DNA from: the human T2T-CHM13v2.0 reference genome, Homo sapiens
Assembly (NCBI RefSeq): GCF_009914755.1
Contig: NC_060942.1
Strand: one strand, 5' to 3'
DNA length: 64,000 bases
Both the position numbers and the translations under genes were made by a program. The stretch's first letter is position 1. Every line of letters begins with the position of its first letter. The notes beneath the pieces were generated by a model. The model was not told where the DNA came from, searched no databases, and worked only from the letters and a program-made list of their open reading frames with translations. Shown piece by piece: positions 25,453 to 40,146 of the stretch.

Positions 25453-26470
25453 AAAAAAAAAAAAAAAAAAAAAAAAACTCACAAAAAAGCCCAAGCCTTT
25501 GTGGGGTCTGAGTCGTGGCGAGTGCGGCAGGTGAGGGTGCGCAGACCCACGACCCCGCCTCTGCGCTGCCGCCCCCCTTCCTCCTGGCGGGGCCGTGAGT
25601 CTGGAAACCATTTCCCTTCATTGCCTTGGCAGTGCTCCAGCCCTCCCGTGATGATTTCCCTGTGGCTGGTTGGGGGTCATTCAAGTCCAGGTGTGCCTTG
25701 CTCTTTAGGCATGATTTAGATTGGAATCTCCTGCCTTCTCTGAAGAACGATTGCTTTCTGTCCATACCTCCTGCCTCCCCAAAGAAAAGAAAAAAACAGA
25801 CATTAAAAGTGAGGCTCAGCCAGCAGGAATTTATAGTCAGAGTTGCCCCATGCATGTCAATTATGCTTACCTTACAATTTTAGAACACGGAGTATGTATT
25901 TCACCCTGTATGCCCTTGTCTGGAAAATAAAGGTAATTAAATCTCATGCCGTCATGATTTGAACCCAAAGCAGCAATGTAAAACAAAGCCATACACCAAA
26001 CAACTAGGTTTTCTAGGATTATATCTCCCCATAAAACATCAAGTATCCTCAGAGGGGTTTTGTAAAATCATAATACATTGGCTTTTAGGTCGACCAGTTG
26101 TCCACAGTAGAGGGTTGGCCAGGGGTGTCCAGGAGTGGGATGAAGGCCACAGCTGAAGAGACCATCTTCCCTGATCCCAGACAGCCCCTGTGACGGGCCT
26201 TTGTGCTGTGAGGGCCTGAACCACAGAAGCGAACAGCCGTTGCCAGCGCCAAGCTGGGCCAGGGCCAGGGCCCGGCCGTGCTGGCCTGCGAGCAGCCCGG
26301 GCAGACCTCCAGGCAGCAGGACAAAGGGGCGCTGCGGTCCTCAGCCACACAGCCAGGGTGGCGGGGATAACAGCCCCTTGTCATCGCAGGGTTGTGACAT
26401 TGGCATGAGCCGCCCTCACAGCTGGACCGTCCTGGCGCTTGTCTTGGGCTGTGGAACGAGCCAGCCCAGC
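25453..26470. promoter_or_regulatory. CpG-enriched candidate regulatory region (patches at ~25505-25600 and ~26190-26460) preceded by A25
   Basis: Local CpG retention in non-repeat sequence; GC-box-like CCCCGCCT near 25553; donor consensus CAG|GTGAGG at 25530/25531. Confidence 0.4.
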
Positions 26471-27228
26471 TGTACTGAAATGCCCATTCTTTTCTCCTTT
26501 CTCGTGCCCCTGTCAACAAGCAGACAGACAAAAGGGTTCTATTGTGGCTCATGCCGTGAGCATAACCTTTCTCTGCCATGGGAAGGAGATGGGTGTGCTC
26601 AATGGCGGCAGAGCTCTGTACCTGCACCTCACTTTGTGTGTGGAGGGGAATTGGGATTTGTGTTTTGTAGCCTCTAGGACAGAGCTCCTCCATGCTTGCG
26701 GGGTCGCACATTTTGGACGGGGCCTTAAGGAGTTTGTGTTGATATTCAAAGGAAGAATTCCATCAGCGTTGATCAAACGTGGCTCTGAAGACTGTGACAA
26801 TGATGTCCCATGTGGCATTAAACACAAGCCGAGCTGCTGCTCCAAGGCACGCCATTCGTCCATTCGTTCAGTCCAACAAGCCTGGGCCATGAATTTTCTC
26901 TGGGACCCGCATCATCTCATAGTGGGGACACAGAAATGCTCCCTCCCAGCCCCTGCTCCTGGGGCTGTGGTGTCTGGTAGAGAGGGCAGGTGTCTAACAT
27001 GGTTACAGTTACATCCGCTTGGTGGGACTTGATGACAAGACTAACGGGCAGCCAGTGAGACCCCCGTCAGTGCTGGGGAGATAGTAGGGGAAAGGGCACT
27101 GAGCCAGGACAGTAAGCTGTCCCTTGGCTCCTGTTCCTGTCTCTGGAAGGTCAGTCTGTCCTGGAGGAGAAGCCAACACCCATCTCTGCTCAGCACAACG
27201 GGCATGAGTTTTCTTATATTTTCAATAA

Positions 27229-27540
<312 letters not shown>

Positions 27541-28879
27541 AAGAGTATGCCTTATATTAAATGACAGCAGGTGTCTCTTGGCCCAGTGGAAATAATTGAT
27601 GTGGTGCTATACTATGGCTTTATGTCTTTATCCTTGACACATGGGTTCTCCCCCCAGTCCCCCAAAAAGAGAGGATTTAAATATGTATAGGTTTACTTAC
27701 AAACATCTGCCCAAAGGGTATTAGAGTAGCATGGAAAGTGGAAAATCATTTAGACTTGTTGAACTTCTGCTTTGTGCTGAATACTGTGCCAGAAATTCAA
27801 TGGACTCAGTGTCCCTGTGAGGAGAGGGTCCTGCTGAGCTGATGGGGAAGCGAAGCCCAGCCTGGTGCAGCCTGGCCTGGAGTCACACAGCGTGTGTGAA
27901 AGAGCCTAGAACCAAGCCGCGCCTGGCCCAGGGGGGAAGCAGCCCTGCCAGTGCACGCAGACTTGTTCCCGTGTCACTGACCTCATCCTCATCGTGGGTT
28001 GCTCTGGTTTGCCTTGGTCAATATTAATCATTTCCCCCTGCCTCCCAGCTTCACTAGTTTAACTATGAAGTGCATGTGCTTTTGTGGGTACCCTAAGAGT
28101 CCAGGGGCGCTGCTAAGAAAGACAAATACACACACGTAGGGAAGAAACACAAGTACCTTGCGTCTTCCTAATCTAACAGTGTCTGGATTGCTTCAGATTC
28201 CTGGAGTAGCTGGACTGAAGGCAGAGATGAGGGGCTTGTTGACCTGGGAGCTCTTTATAGCTAATGCTGCTTGGCTTCAGTTCCTGAGGCCTGCCGCCGT
28301 AGGGCCTGCCTGCAAACGCACTGTCACCACCCCCCGCCGCTGCAGCCCCCCAGGAGTTACGCTTTTGCAGAAGACCCAGCTGCCTAAGTAAAATTAAACA
28401 CCCTCAAGCTGTTTGAGGCTCTTAAAAACATTTTCTCAGCACTGAACTTCTCTGAAGATCTGAGACTATTAGCACAAAACCAAGAGTTCTCTCTAAACTG
28501 CTTTTCTCTTTCCCCTGAATGCAAATGAACTTCCCCTGCTGGTTTCCATTCATCTGACAGGTCATAATTGTGACGTTGGTAAAATAGAGAAAGTTCCCTT
28601 TTGAAAATTGAGCTATGAGAACTTTTTTTGTTAAAAAAAAAATAGAATATTTGCTTATTTTAAAAATAGAGTGACACAGTGATAATGGTGTCATCATTTA
28701 AACTCTACCCTATAAACTCTAGTTTGGACATGTCTTGGCTTATTGGAAATAATGAAAGTATTAACGCTGTGGATTTTTTGTTATAGTGGGTGTCACTGTT
28801 AGGAATTGTGAGTCACAGACATCTGGTCATCGTGCCTTCAACCCACAAGCAGTTATTGCCTCACATTAGAAACAAGTTT

Positions 28880-29545
<666 letters not shown>

Positions 29546-30419
29546 CAGAATAAAAACGAGTGCACTTCACGCCCCACATCAGGACCTGTGGCCTTCGTTA
29601 TAATTTAGGGTCTCTGTATCACAGTAGACAGACCCCGTGGTTAGAGGCCTGCTGAGTGTAGGTTTCAGGTCTTCCTGTCTCTTACCTTATCAAGTTATTT
29701 AAATTTATAACATAGCCAAGCGTGTGTCTATCCAGGAAGTGTGTTCACATCTAGTCAGCATGGTCATCTTGAAGGGCTCAGGGAAAGACCCTCATACCCC
29801 ACCTTCACCAATCCCTTGGTCATGAAGGATGTTGGCTCCTCTCACCTGCACCCTCTACCCAATGTGATGTTTGTAGGCACCCCATGAATAAACATTTTAT
29901 GAATGAGTTGATATTAGTGGATTACACGAGCAACTACATCATTTGAAAAAAAAAATGATTATAAGAAGCTAAGAGAAGTTGTGACACTAATCCAATACTG
30001 AGATGCTTGTTTTAGATGATGTCATACTTTCATAGCAGACACTAGAGAAGCGCCCTTTGCCCTCCTCCCCACTCCTGGGGCCTTCCCCATATGTGGCCTC
30101 AGAAACTTCTTTCCCACGCTTGGGCCTCCCAGGGCCGCCCCATCCTGCAGGCTCAGGGGCTCAGACTCAGAACTGAACTATTAGCTCCATACTAGCCCTG
30201 CGCTATCTGGGGAATAAAACACTCTCTGTACTCTTGTCTCTATAGAAAAACTTTTTTTCAGTTGCAGGATAAGCCAATTAGAAATGAATTTTGGGCACCA
30301 AACTGATTCATAAGTCGGATGTTGCTTATCTTCACTTTACTTTAAAATGAATTGCTTTTATGTGTCTTTCAAGGAAAAAAATATTCTCAAAAAATCTGTA
30401 GCACTAATGATTAGCCTTA

Positions 30420-30843
<424 letters not shown>

Positions 30844-31639
30844 TTAAAATTATGCATGGGGAAGCAAGACAGCTGATCCCCATCAAAATTAAGCTGCTGG
30901 GCTTAGAAAGTGTTTTGGGGGAAGGGGTTGTATTTTATTTTGCAGGTGGTTTTTCTTCTTTTTGACAAAATCATTAGGCCTTTGAAGGACATTTTTGATC
31001 TAAGCAAAGCAAAGATAAAAGGTAGTGATAGAAGGTGACGTTTTCACTTGCTCCCTAACACTTGTGAGTCAGGCAAGGAAGAAGGACAGACGTGACTCGT
31101 CTGGGACGGTCTGCACCGGAGCATGTGGGGGGCCTCGTCTGTGCGCAGGTCAGCCCTTCTGTGGGTAGTGGTTTTCTCAAGATGCCACTACCTGGCTCGG
31201 GTCTCCGTGACCTTGTCCTGCAGCTCGTTGCCTAGACAACCAGCAGGCGGGAGCCCAGACGCCGGTCCACACAGGCAGTTATCAGGGCCAGAGGAGTGGC
31301 AGAGACTCCAGCGAGCACTGGGGCATCCATGGCACCCGAGGCTTCCAGGCGCCTCCTGCCCATTCCACACAAAGCAGAAATCTGGCAGCTGGAAGCAGCA
31401 TGGTCTCAGCCAGGGACCTCCTTAATGAGATACCTAATCAATGGGGAGATGCCGCTGATAGTCACGGCTCCCGCTGCATGGAAAGGGCATGCTCTTGATT
31501 TTGTACCTGGAGAGGGAAATGAGGAGTCCCAGTTAATTGGGAGATCCAGCAAGAGCCTCACTCTGGAGCCTCATAGTCTCCTGTGCCAGGGCGAGCTCCA
31601 CCTTGGTGACAGAAGGCGCAGCCCTCTGGCTGCCCTTTT

Positions 31640-32000
31640 CATTTCTTTTCTCTTTTTCGTCTTTTTCTTTTCCTTCCTTCCTTCCCTTTCATTTATTTCA
31701 TTTTCTTTTCTTTTTGTAGAGTCAAGGTTTCACTCTGTCACCCAGCCTGGAGTGCAGTGGCATGATCACAGATCACTGCAGCCTCAAACTCCTAGGCTCA
31801 AATAATCTTCTTGCCTCAGCTTCTTGAGTAGCTGGGACTACAGGCGCATACCACCATACCTGGCTAATTTTTAAGTGTTTTTGTGGAGATGGGGTCTTGC
31901 TATGTTGCCCAGGCTGGCCTCAAACTCCTGGCCTCAAGCGATCCTCCCGCCTCAGCCTCCTGAAGTGCTGGGATTACAGGCATGAGCCACCACTCCTGGC
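31640..32000 (-). mobile_element. Alu (AluJ-like) with a pyrimidine-expanded tail
   Basis: 'cactctgtcacccagcctggagtgcagtggcatgatcacagatcactgcagcctc...'; (CTTT/TTCC)-rich tail at 31640-31715. Confidence 0.93.
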
Positions 32001-32492
32001 ATGCCCTTTCTAAGTGTGGAGTTTGTGAATGTGTCCACTTTCCTCACACTCCCATATGCCTGGCTAGGCAGATTCTCATCAAAAATTAGAAAAGCAGATG
32101 CTTCCATTTGCAAATGTGTAAGTACGCTGTCTATGATCACTGAAGCTCTGACTCAGCCACTGTGGTCAGAAGCTGGGAGCCACTAAGTTCAGCACAGCTG
32201 CCAATCCCCTGTAGCTCCCAGTGCCTCCAAGAACCTTATATAAAGCATGTGAAGTTGGTCACAGCCCGTCACCCTGTTTCTGCCATCTTCGTCCACAGCC
32301 CCTGGATATTACTAAGAAGCAAGCACTCTTCCATGCCACACTACTGCCTCTGGTAACCCCATAAGAGGAAGACCTGGGCTCATCCCCAGCAGGGTCAGAG
32401 AAAACATGTTCTTTAAGCTCACGCATGATGGCGTTGGGTAGTTTGCCTGATACAATGCATAGGCCAGTGTTGCTTTGGATTCTGAAAAATGA

Positions 32493-32817
<325 letters not shown>

Positions 32818-32900
32818 TATAAACTATTATTAATTAATCATTGTTAACCTAAGTGAAGAGTGTTCAGGATTCATTCTTTGGACCAGCCAGCATTTTAACT

Positions 32901-33097
32901 GTACAGTAAGTCCCCCCCTTAACATTGTCAATATATGATTAGAAACTGTAATTTTAAATGAAATGACATGTGACAAAATCAATCACAAAAACAAAGTTGA
33001 AGGAAACAGCGTTACCCGAGGACTTGCTGTATGTCATTTCGTTTACAGTTGCAGTTTACATGAACCTATCGGCAGCCTTAAGTGAGCATGTACTACA
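32901..33097. mobile_element. MER82-like Tigger DNA transposon relic
   Basis: 'tacagtaagtccccccct taac...' start, 'gttgaaggaaacagcgttacccgaggacttgctgta' and 'aacctatcg...ttaagtgag' end. Confidence 0.7.
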
Positions 33098-33947
33098 TTG
33101 GGCGTAGTGAAATGGGTTTAAGTTTATAGTGCTTTCGTTGATGGTTTTCAAGTAACAAAAGAAACAGGCCTGCTGCTGAGCCACCCCTGGCCCCCTTTGC
33201 AGCCGGCTGTCCTTCTGTGATCACTGTGAATGTGAACGTCCTCAGCTTCCCTGCTCCAGGGTCAGTGATCGGAGTGCCTGTGATGTGCTTACAGCCTGGG
33301 CTGGGAGTGGAAGGAGGCTCTGGTTTAGCAGATAAAGAGAATCCCTTGGCCTTTTTACTGATTTTTGTGTTTGCCTTAGAAGATTTAGGGATCCTTCAGT
33401 CCTTGTCAAGAGGGTTCCTGAATCTTTTATTTGGCTTCAATGCACATTGAGTAAGAAACCGCAGAAGGAAAGCAGGGAAGGGAAGAGTCAGCGGGAGGAG
33501 AGGAGATTTGCTTCTAGTTGTCTTACAATTCCCATCATGCTTCTGAGTAACATTCTCAATTCCCAGAGATCACCATTTTTTAGTTAAATTGGGGCTTCCG
33601 AATTCTAGCAACCAGCAGGTGTTTTGGAGGTAGCTTGTTGACCCCTCTTTCATCCAAAAGTGATCATTTTTACGGGGGTTCCTCACAGAGTAGGAATTTG
33701 TTAGCAGTGCATACCCGTGGCAAGAGCTGTGGCTAAAGCACATGCCCTGTCCCTTCCCGATAGCAGCAGCGCAGAGGGCACAGAGTGGCGCAGGCGAGAC
33801 TGCCACAGACGCCAGTGAGGCCAGGATGTGCTTGATGGCTCTGCATGCCTGCTCTGTGGGGCTGGAGGTGTGCCCTCCTGTGCTGTGTGGATGTTATTAG
33901 ATGTTGGAAAGCTGCAGTGTTCATTTGGGAAGGAGTTACTGCTCTGA

Positions 33948-34414
<467 letters not shown>

Positions 34415-35939
34415 TGCTCTCCTTTAAAGAGAAGGTTTGTTCTCCTTGATTCTCCTGTACAGTTTTTTCTTAAAATTTGTTTAGAAATCTAGGAGCATGC
34501 TGGGCTCACATTATAGGTGACAGGAATAGGCTGACAAAACACACACCTTGCATAAGCCAACAAGCATTGGACTAGAATTCATTTGCTGTCAGATTTGGGG
34601 GCAGTGACAGTCTTTTGGTAGAATTGTAATCAAAGGAACAAACTCAGAGAACAATCTGGGTAAAGAGACTGGTGTCAGGTTAAGTTCAGATCTGTAGACC
34701 CTTCTCAGGTGGTGAAGCCGAGACCACAGACACAGATCCTGGAGAGGGATTAGAAGCCAGACATTCCGTGGGTGACGCGCTCCTTCTCCTGTTCCCATCT
34801 CCGCATTTCCTGGTCAGGAACCTCATGAAAGACAGCTGCATTTTTTCCAGGCTGGTATCTCTCACCAGAGTGAGGCTTGTGGGCTTCATGCATAGCGATG
34901 GATACAGAAGCCTTGGCTGTTGGTGAAGACACTGAGGTGTATGGATATATTGACCACTGTGGGGAAGGCTCTAACTCTTGGTCGTTCCACTTGCTCACTG
35001 CTCTTCTTTGATGGTTGAGAAAGTGGTAGGATGACCAGATTTGCAAAAGCCCATCTCACTATTATCAAATTTAATAGTGGATGTTCTGCCGTCTGCTATT
35101 ATTACCCATGGTTTGCTTTTGTGTGTGGGTATTAGAAAGCCTTTTAGGGAAAAAGCAGAATGTGGCTGGGCTACAGCTCCTGAGGAATCCGGCCATGGCA
35201 GCACTCTTCCCATGCTGTCCCTGGGCCTAGGAGAGCAACCGCTCTCTGTTCACAGTGTGCCGTCCAGACCCCTATTTAGATCCCTGTCATGTGGTAGTTC
35301 ATCCACCTGGACATCTTCCTCACCATGGCAGCAGCTCCTTGGGAGCAGGAACTATGTCCTGTTCGTCTTTGTACCCCTAGCACCTGCTATTTAAGAAGGA
35401 CTCCAGAAGCCTCGATGTGCGGCAGGACCATGGCCGATGTGTCTCCCTGGCACCTCTGTCTCAGGGTTAACTTTCCTCGCTGCCTGAGAGCCCCCGGCTT
35501 TGACGCTCATGGAGCCCTGGCATTGAGTGTGAGCACTTCACACTCTACCTCTCTCAGTTGGCCCTCCGAAATGCCTCAATTTAGGAGTGGTGCCCCACTG
35601 TGGAGGGTATTTTCAGGACCATCTTACAAATTATTGTGAAGTGTTGGAAACAAAGAGCTTCCTGCTTCTTTTCAGCCTGGTTCTACCATGTTCCAAGCTG
35701 TAGCCAAAAGGAAAATAAATCAGAGCTTGAAACTAGCCTTTCTGATGGGAATATCTATCTGGGACACCCCTCCCTTTTTGTCTCTTGCCCCCATACGTCT
35801 CCTCCTTACAGCACAGGCTGTTTGGGAAGGAGGACAGGATATGTCATCTAACTTTTTTTCCATCCCTAGCTGAGTCACTGATTAAAAACAAATGAACAAA
35901 CAAAAACCTAAAAAACCTTCCAGAAATACAAAGGAAAAG

Positions 35940-36950
35940 GGTTTGTTTGTTTTTTATTTTAATTTTTATTTCTGTAGGTTTTTGGGGAACAGATGGTATT
36001 TAGTTACATGAGAAAGTTATTTAGTGGTGATTTGTGAGATTCTGGTGCACCCATCACCCGAGCAGCCTTCACTGTACCCAATATGTAGTCTTTTATCCCT
36101 CACTTACCTCCCACCCTTTCCCCTGAGTCCCCAAAGTCCATTGTGTTATTCTTATGCCTTTGCATCCTCATAGCTTAGCTCCCACTTGTGAGTGAGAACA
36201 TATGATGTTTGGTTTTCCATTCCTGAGTTACTTCACTTAGAATAATAGTCTCCATCCAGGTTGCTGCAAATGCCATTAATTTGTTCTTTTTTATGGCTGA
36301 GTGGTATTCCATGGTGTATATATACCACAATTTCTTTATCCACTCATTGATTGATGGGCATTTGGGCTGGTTCCATATCTTTGCAGCTGTGAATTGTGCT
36401 GCTATAAACATGCGTGTGCAAGTATCTTTTTCGTATAATGACTTATTTTCCTCTGGGTAGATACCCAGTAGTGGGATTACTGGATCAAATGGTAGTTCTT
36501 TCTACTTTTAGTTCTTTAAAGAATCTCCACATTGTTTTCCATAGTGGTTGTACTAGTTTACATTCCCACCAGCTGTGTAAACGTGTTCCTTTTTCACCGC
36601 ATCCACGCCAACATCTGTTATTTTTTGATTTTTGGATTAAGGCCATTCTTGCGGAGTAACGTGGTATTGCATTGTAGTTTTGATTTGCATTTCCCAGATC
36701 ATTAGTGATGTTGAGCATTTTTTCCTATATTTGTTGGCCATTTGTATATCTTCTTCTGAGAATTGTCTACTCATGTCCTCAGCCCAGTTTTTGATGGGAT
36801 TGTTTGTTATTTTTTCTTGCTAATTTGTTTGAGTTCCTTGTAGATTATAGATATTAGTCCTTTGTCAGATGTATAGATTGTGAAGATTTTCTCCCACTCT
36901 GTGGGTTGTCTGTTTACTCTGCTGACTGTTCCTTTTGCTGTGCAGAAGTT
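35940..36950 (-). mobile_element. 5'-truncated L1 (L1PB-like) 3' end
   Basis: ORF 36175-36411 ([36 protein letters not shown]) and 36485-36718 are L1 ORF2 C-terminal remnants; L1PB-type 3'UTR 'gtggtgatttgtgagattctggtgcacccatcaccc'. Confidence 0.93.
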
Positions 36951-37023
36951 TTTATGAAGCAAGTCTTTGGGGAGGATATTTTGTCTCATAAAAGTTATTA
37001 CAAACATCAAGAAAGTGGATTCC

Positions 37024-37371
<348 letters not shown>

Positions 37372-37529
37372 TTAAAGCCATGTAATTCTTGCCAGCTCAC
37401 ATTGTGACTTTTCTGGCTTTCAACACTTTGATTGGGATTTACCATTTAATTAAATAAGCTTAGGAGCTGGAGGGTGGGTGCTGTCCGGGGTCAGTTCAGT
37501 CAACCCCTGGTTCTCTTTGCACTTCACAG

Positions 37530-37619
37530 AATGTGGATTGTCTCTCTGTTCATGGGCTCTGCTGGGCTCTCTGAGCTCAGAACCTTCAGATTTGTTGGGT
37601 GGGACCACAGATAGTCATG
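37530..37619 (+). other. Candidate 90-nt cassette exon
   Basis: Acceptor 'ttctctttgcacttcacag|' and donor 'ATG|gtaagt'; length divisible by 3 and open in the phase-1 frame; no transcript evidence available. Confidence 0.3.
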
Positions 37620-38349
37620 GTAAGTGCAGTCATCCTTCCCAGCTGTAGCAGGGGGATGTCCGGAGGCTGTGGAAGGTAGAGTGTTAGGATAGAGATGGCG
37701 ACAGTGTGGCCATCTCAGGAGGGCCTGGGGTGCCCATGAGCTCCGCTCAGAGAAACTGCCAGCTGAGCAGACGGGAGGACCTGGCTTTGAAAGAAGTTAC
37801 AACATTAAGCAAAACAACATGTCGTTGTCTGTGGAAAGGAATCCTTAGCATAAGTTTTTGAAAATATGATCAGGTGTCTTGACCCAACACTTAAAAAGTG
37901 AAGTCCACAGGGTTTAATTTCCTGGTGATATTTTTGTTTTTATTTGCAGTTTAGCATTTTTTTTTTTAAGTATCCGAATTTGCATGAGGCTAGTTTTGTA
38001 TTTCTGCAAGTTTCAGTCCATGTGATTTGAAGCAGATGTCATAGTCACACAAACAGAGTCCATAATGGGAAAGTCAACTCCTGGGCATGCTGTTCCATGC
38101 CTACATGGACTGGAAAGAAATTTGATTACTTTGGGAAATTAGGCTAATATTTCAGGGGTTGTGTAATGGACAACAAAGGACATGTTCAGCAGCTTTTGAG
38201 AACTGAGAGAATGGAGGATTGAGGACCCTGCAGCGGCAGTCCTGAGTCTCCAAGCGCGGCTGTGTTGAGATGGGTTTGCTGGCTGCTGGGGAACATGCCT
38301 TTGCTCAGCCGAGGACAGCTTTTTACTGTGGTGATGTTAGAAATGTGGG

Positions 38350-38520
38350 CAGAGTGAGTTATGACTCAGTCTATTGTAATTAGAAAAAAGAGCAACCACT
38401 GAGAAAAGTCCTCAGAGAAAACTTAAGAAATGGGGATGTTCTTATTCTCAGAAAACTAAAACGGGAAGTCATTCTTGGTGATAGTGAGGGGAAACGCAAA
38501 AGCGAAGGGAGAGGGGAGCT
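38350..38520. promoter_or_regulatory. Candidate inducible enhancer (AP-1, STAT, ETS and IRF-like motifs)
   Basis: TGACTCA 38362-38368, TTCTCAGAA 38445-38453, CGGGAAGT 38462-38469, GAAA-repeat 'gaaacgcaaaagcgaa' near 38491-38506, in repeat-free sequence. Confidence 0.4.
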
Positions 38521-38956
38521 CTGTGTGCGGCGTCTCTAGCATTGCACAGTCCTCTTTAATGAATAAATGGAACCTTAATAAGGAAAAGTACCGGCTACAT
38601 TATCGGTTGCAAATTGATTTGCTGTAGGCAAATTCTAATGTAGTTTGGCCATGTGAGGCGTACCTCTTAAGAAAACAAAATCAGGTTGCCTGAAAATGGA
38701 CTCTTGCTTTCCAGGTGAAAAAGGCACTGGAAACACCACACAGCTTTGTCCTGTAATGTTTCCTTACTCTGGAATCATGAATGGGCTTTTCTCGTGCTAT
38801 ATCTAAAACTCAGCTCTGATTATTATGTTTAAAAAGAGGCTGTGCTTACTTTCCACACCCAAATGAGGCTGAGAGTGGCTGTGAGGAAGGGAGGTCAGTG
38901 CCTCCTACTTCTTTTTGGTGGGGCAAGCAGGGGAGGGAGAATCCATCTCTAAAAAC

Positions 38957-39098
38957 CAGTGGTTCTTAACCTTTGAGAATCTGAAGCAGGCCAAAGACTT
39001 TCATCCCAAAGCAATGCAAATATACCAAGTCTCATGTGTAGTTACGGGGTTTGCAGACCCCTGAAGCCCATCCGTGGGTCTCAGCTAAAAGCACCTGC
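38957..39098. mobile_element. hAT-Charlie MITE (Charlie4z-like)
   Basis: 'cagtggttcttaacctttgagaatctgaag...ggggtttgcagacccctgaagcccatccgtggg...cacctg'. Confidence 0.6.
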
Positions 39099-39703
39099 TA
39101 CAAACTCAGTAAGTGCTTTTTCCCCATTAAATAATTGGTGGCATCATCTGTCTGATGAATTACCACCTTACTACTTTATTTTCTAATTTTAACTGTTATT
39201 TATATTCCCCTGGAACACCTTGAAATTTTCCCTAAAACTAGATTGACTAATCTGGGTCCCTCCTTGTCTCAGGAGATGGGGATGGTCTCCCACTTCCACC
39301 TGTGCCCTCCCTGGCCAGCACATCATCATTGTCATCGGAACCACCTTCTTTGTAACTGTCCTCCTCCAAGCAGTGTTTGCCAAGCATGGTGCTAGGTGCC
39401 AGAGAATAAGCTAGAGGACAGGAAAGAAGAAACACATAGAAGTATTAACCTTCAGCGGAAGAAGGCGTGCCCACCTGGGAGAAGTGACAGTGGCAATCTT
39501 ATAGAGCCTGTGGCATGCCCTGCAGATCGTGCACACAGCTGAATAAGATGCTGGTGCTGGCTTCTTAGCGAACCATAATATATTTAGCTTGGAGCAACTT
39601 TTGTTTTTTGCTAGGATGAAAAACAACCTGAAACTCAGGATACATACAAGAGATCAAAATAAAAACCATGAAAGTACAGTGACCCATTTAAAAGTTGTCC
39701 GGG

Positions 39704-39705
<2 letters not shown>

Positions 39706-39738
<33 letters not shown>
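39706..39738. repeat. Poly(T)33 mononucleotide run
   Basis: Uninterrupted T run. Confidence 0.95.
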
Positions 39739-39739
<1 letters not shown>

Positions 39740-39791
39740 TCAGAGATCATGGTAGACCACAAATCGCTGAGTTAATAATATAATGCTATTT

Positions 39792-40146
<355 letters not shown>

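Noticed and set aside
26039-27032. Overlapping 100-208 aa ORFs on both strands
   Set aside because: Expected in a GC-rich patch; no recognisable domain or consistent exon structure
36175-36718. L1 ORF2-like peptides, also at 62221-62502
   Set aside because: Broken remnants of truncated L1 copies, not genes or active elements
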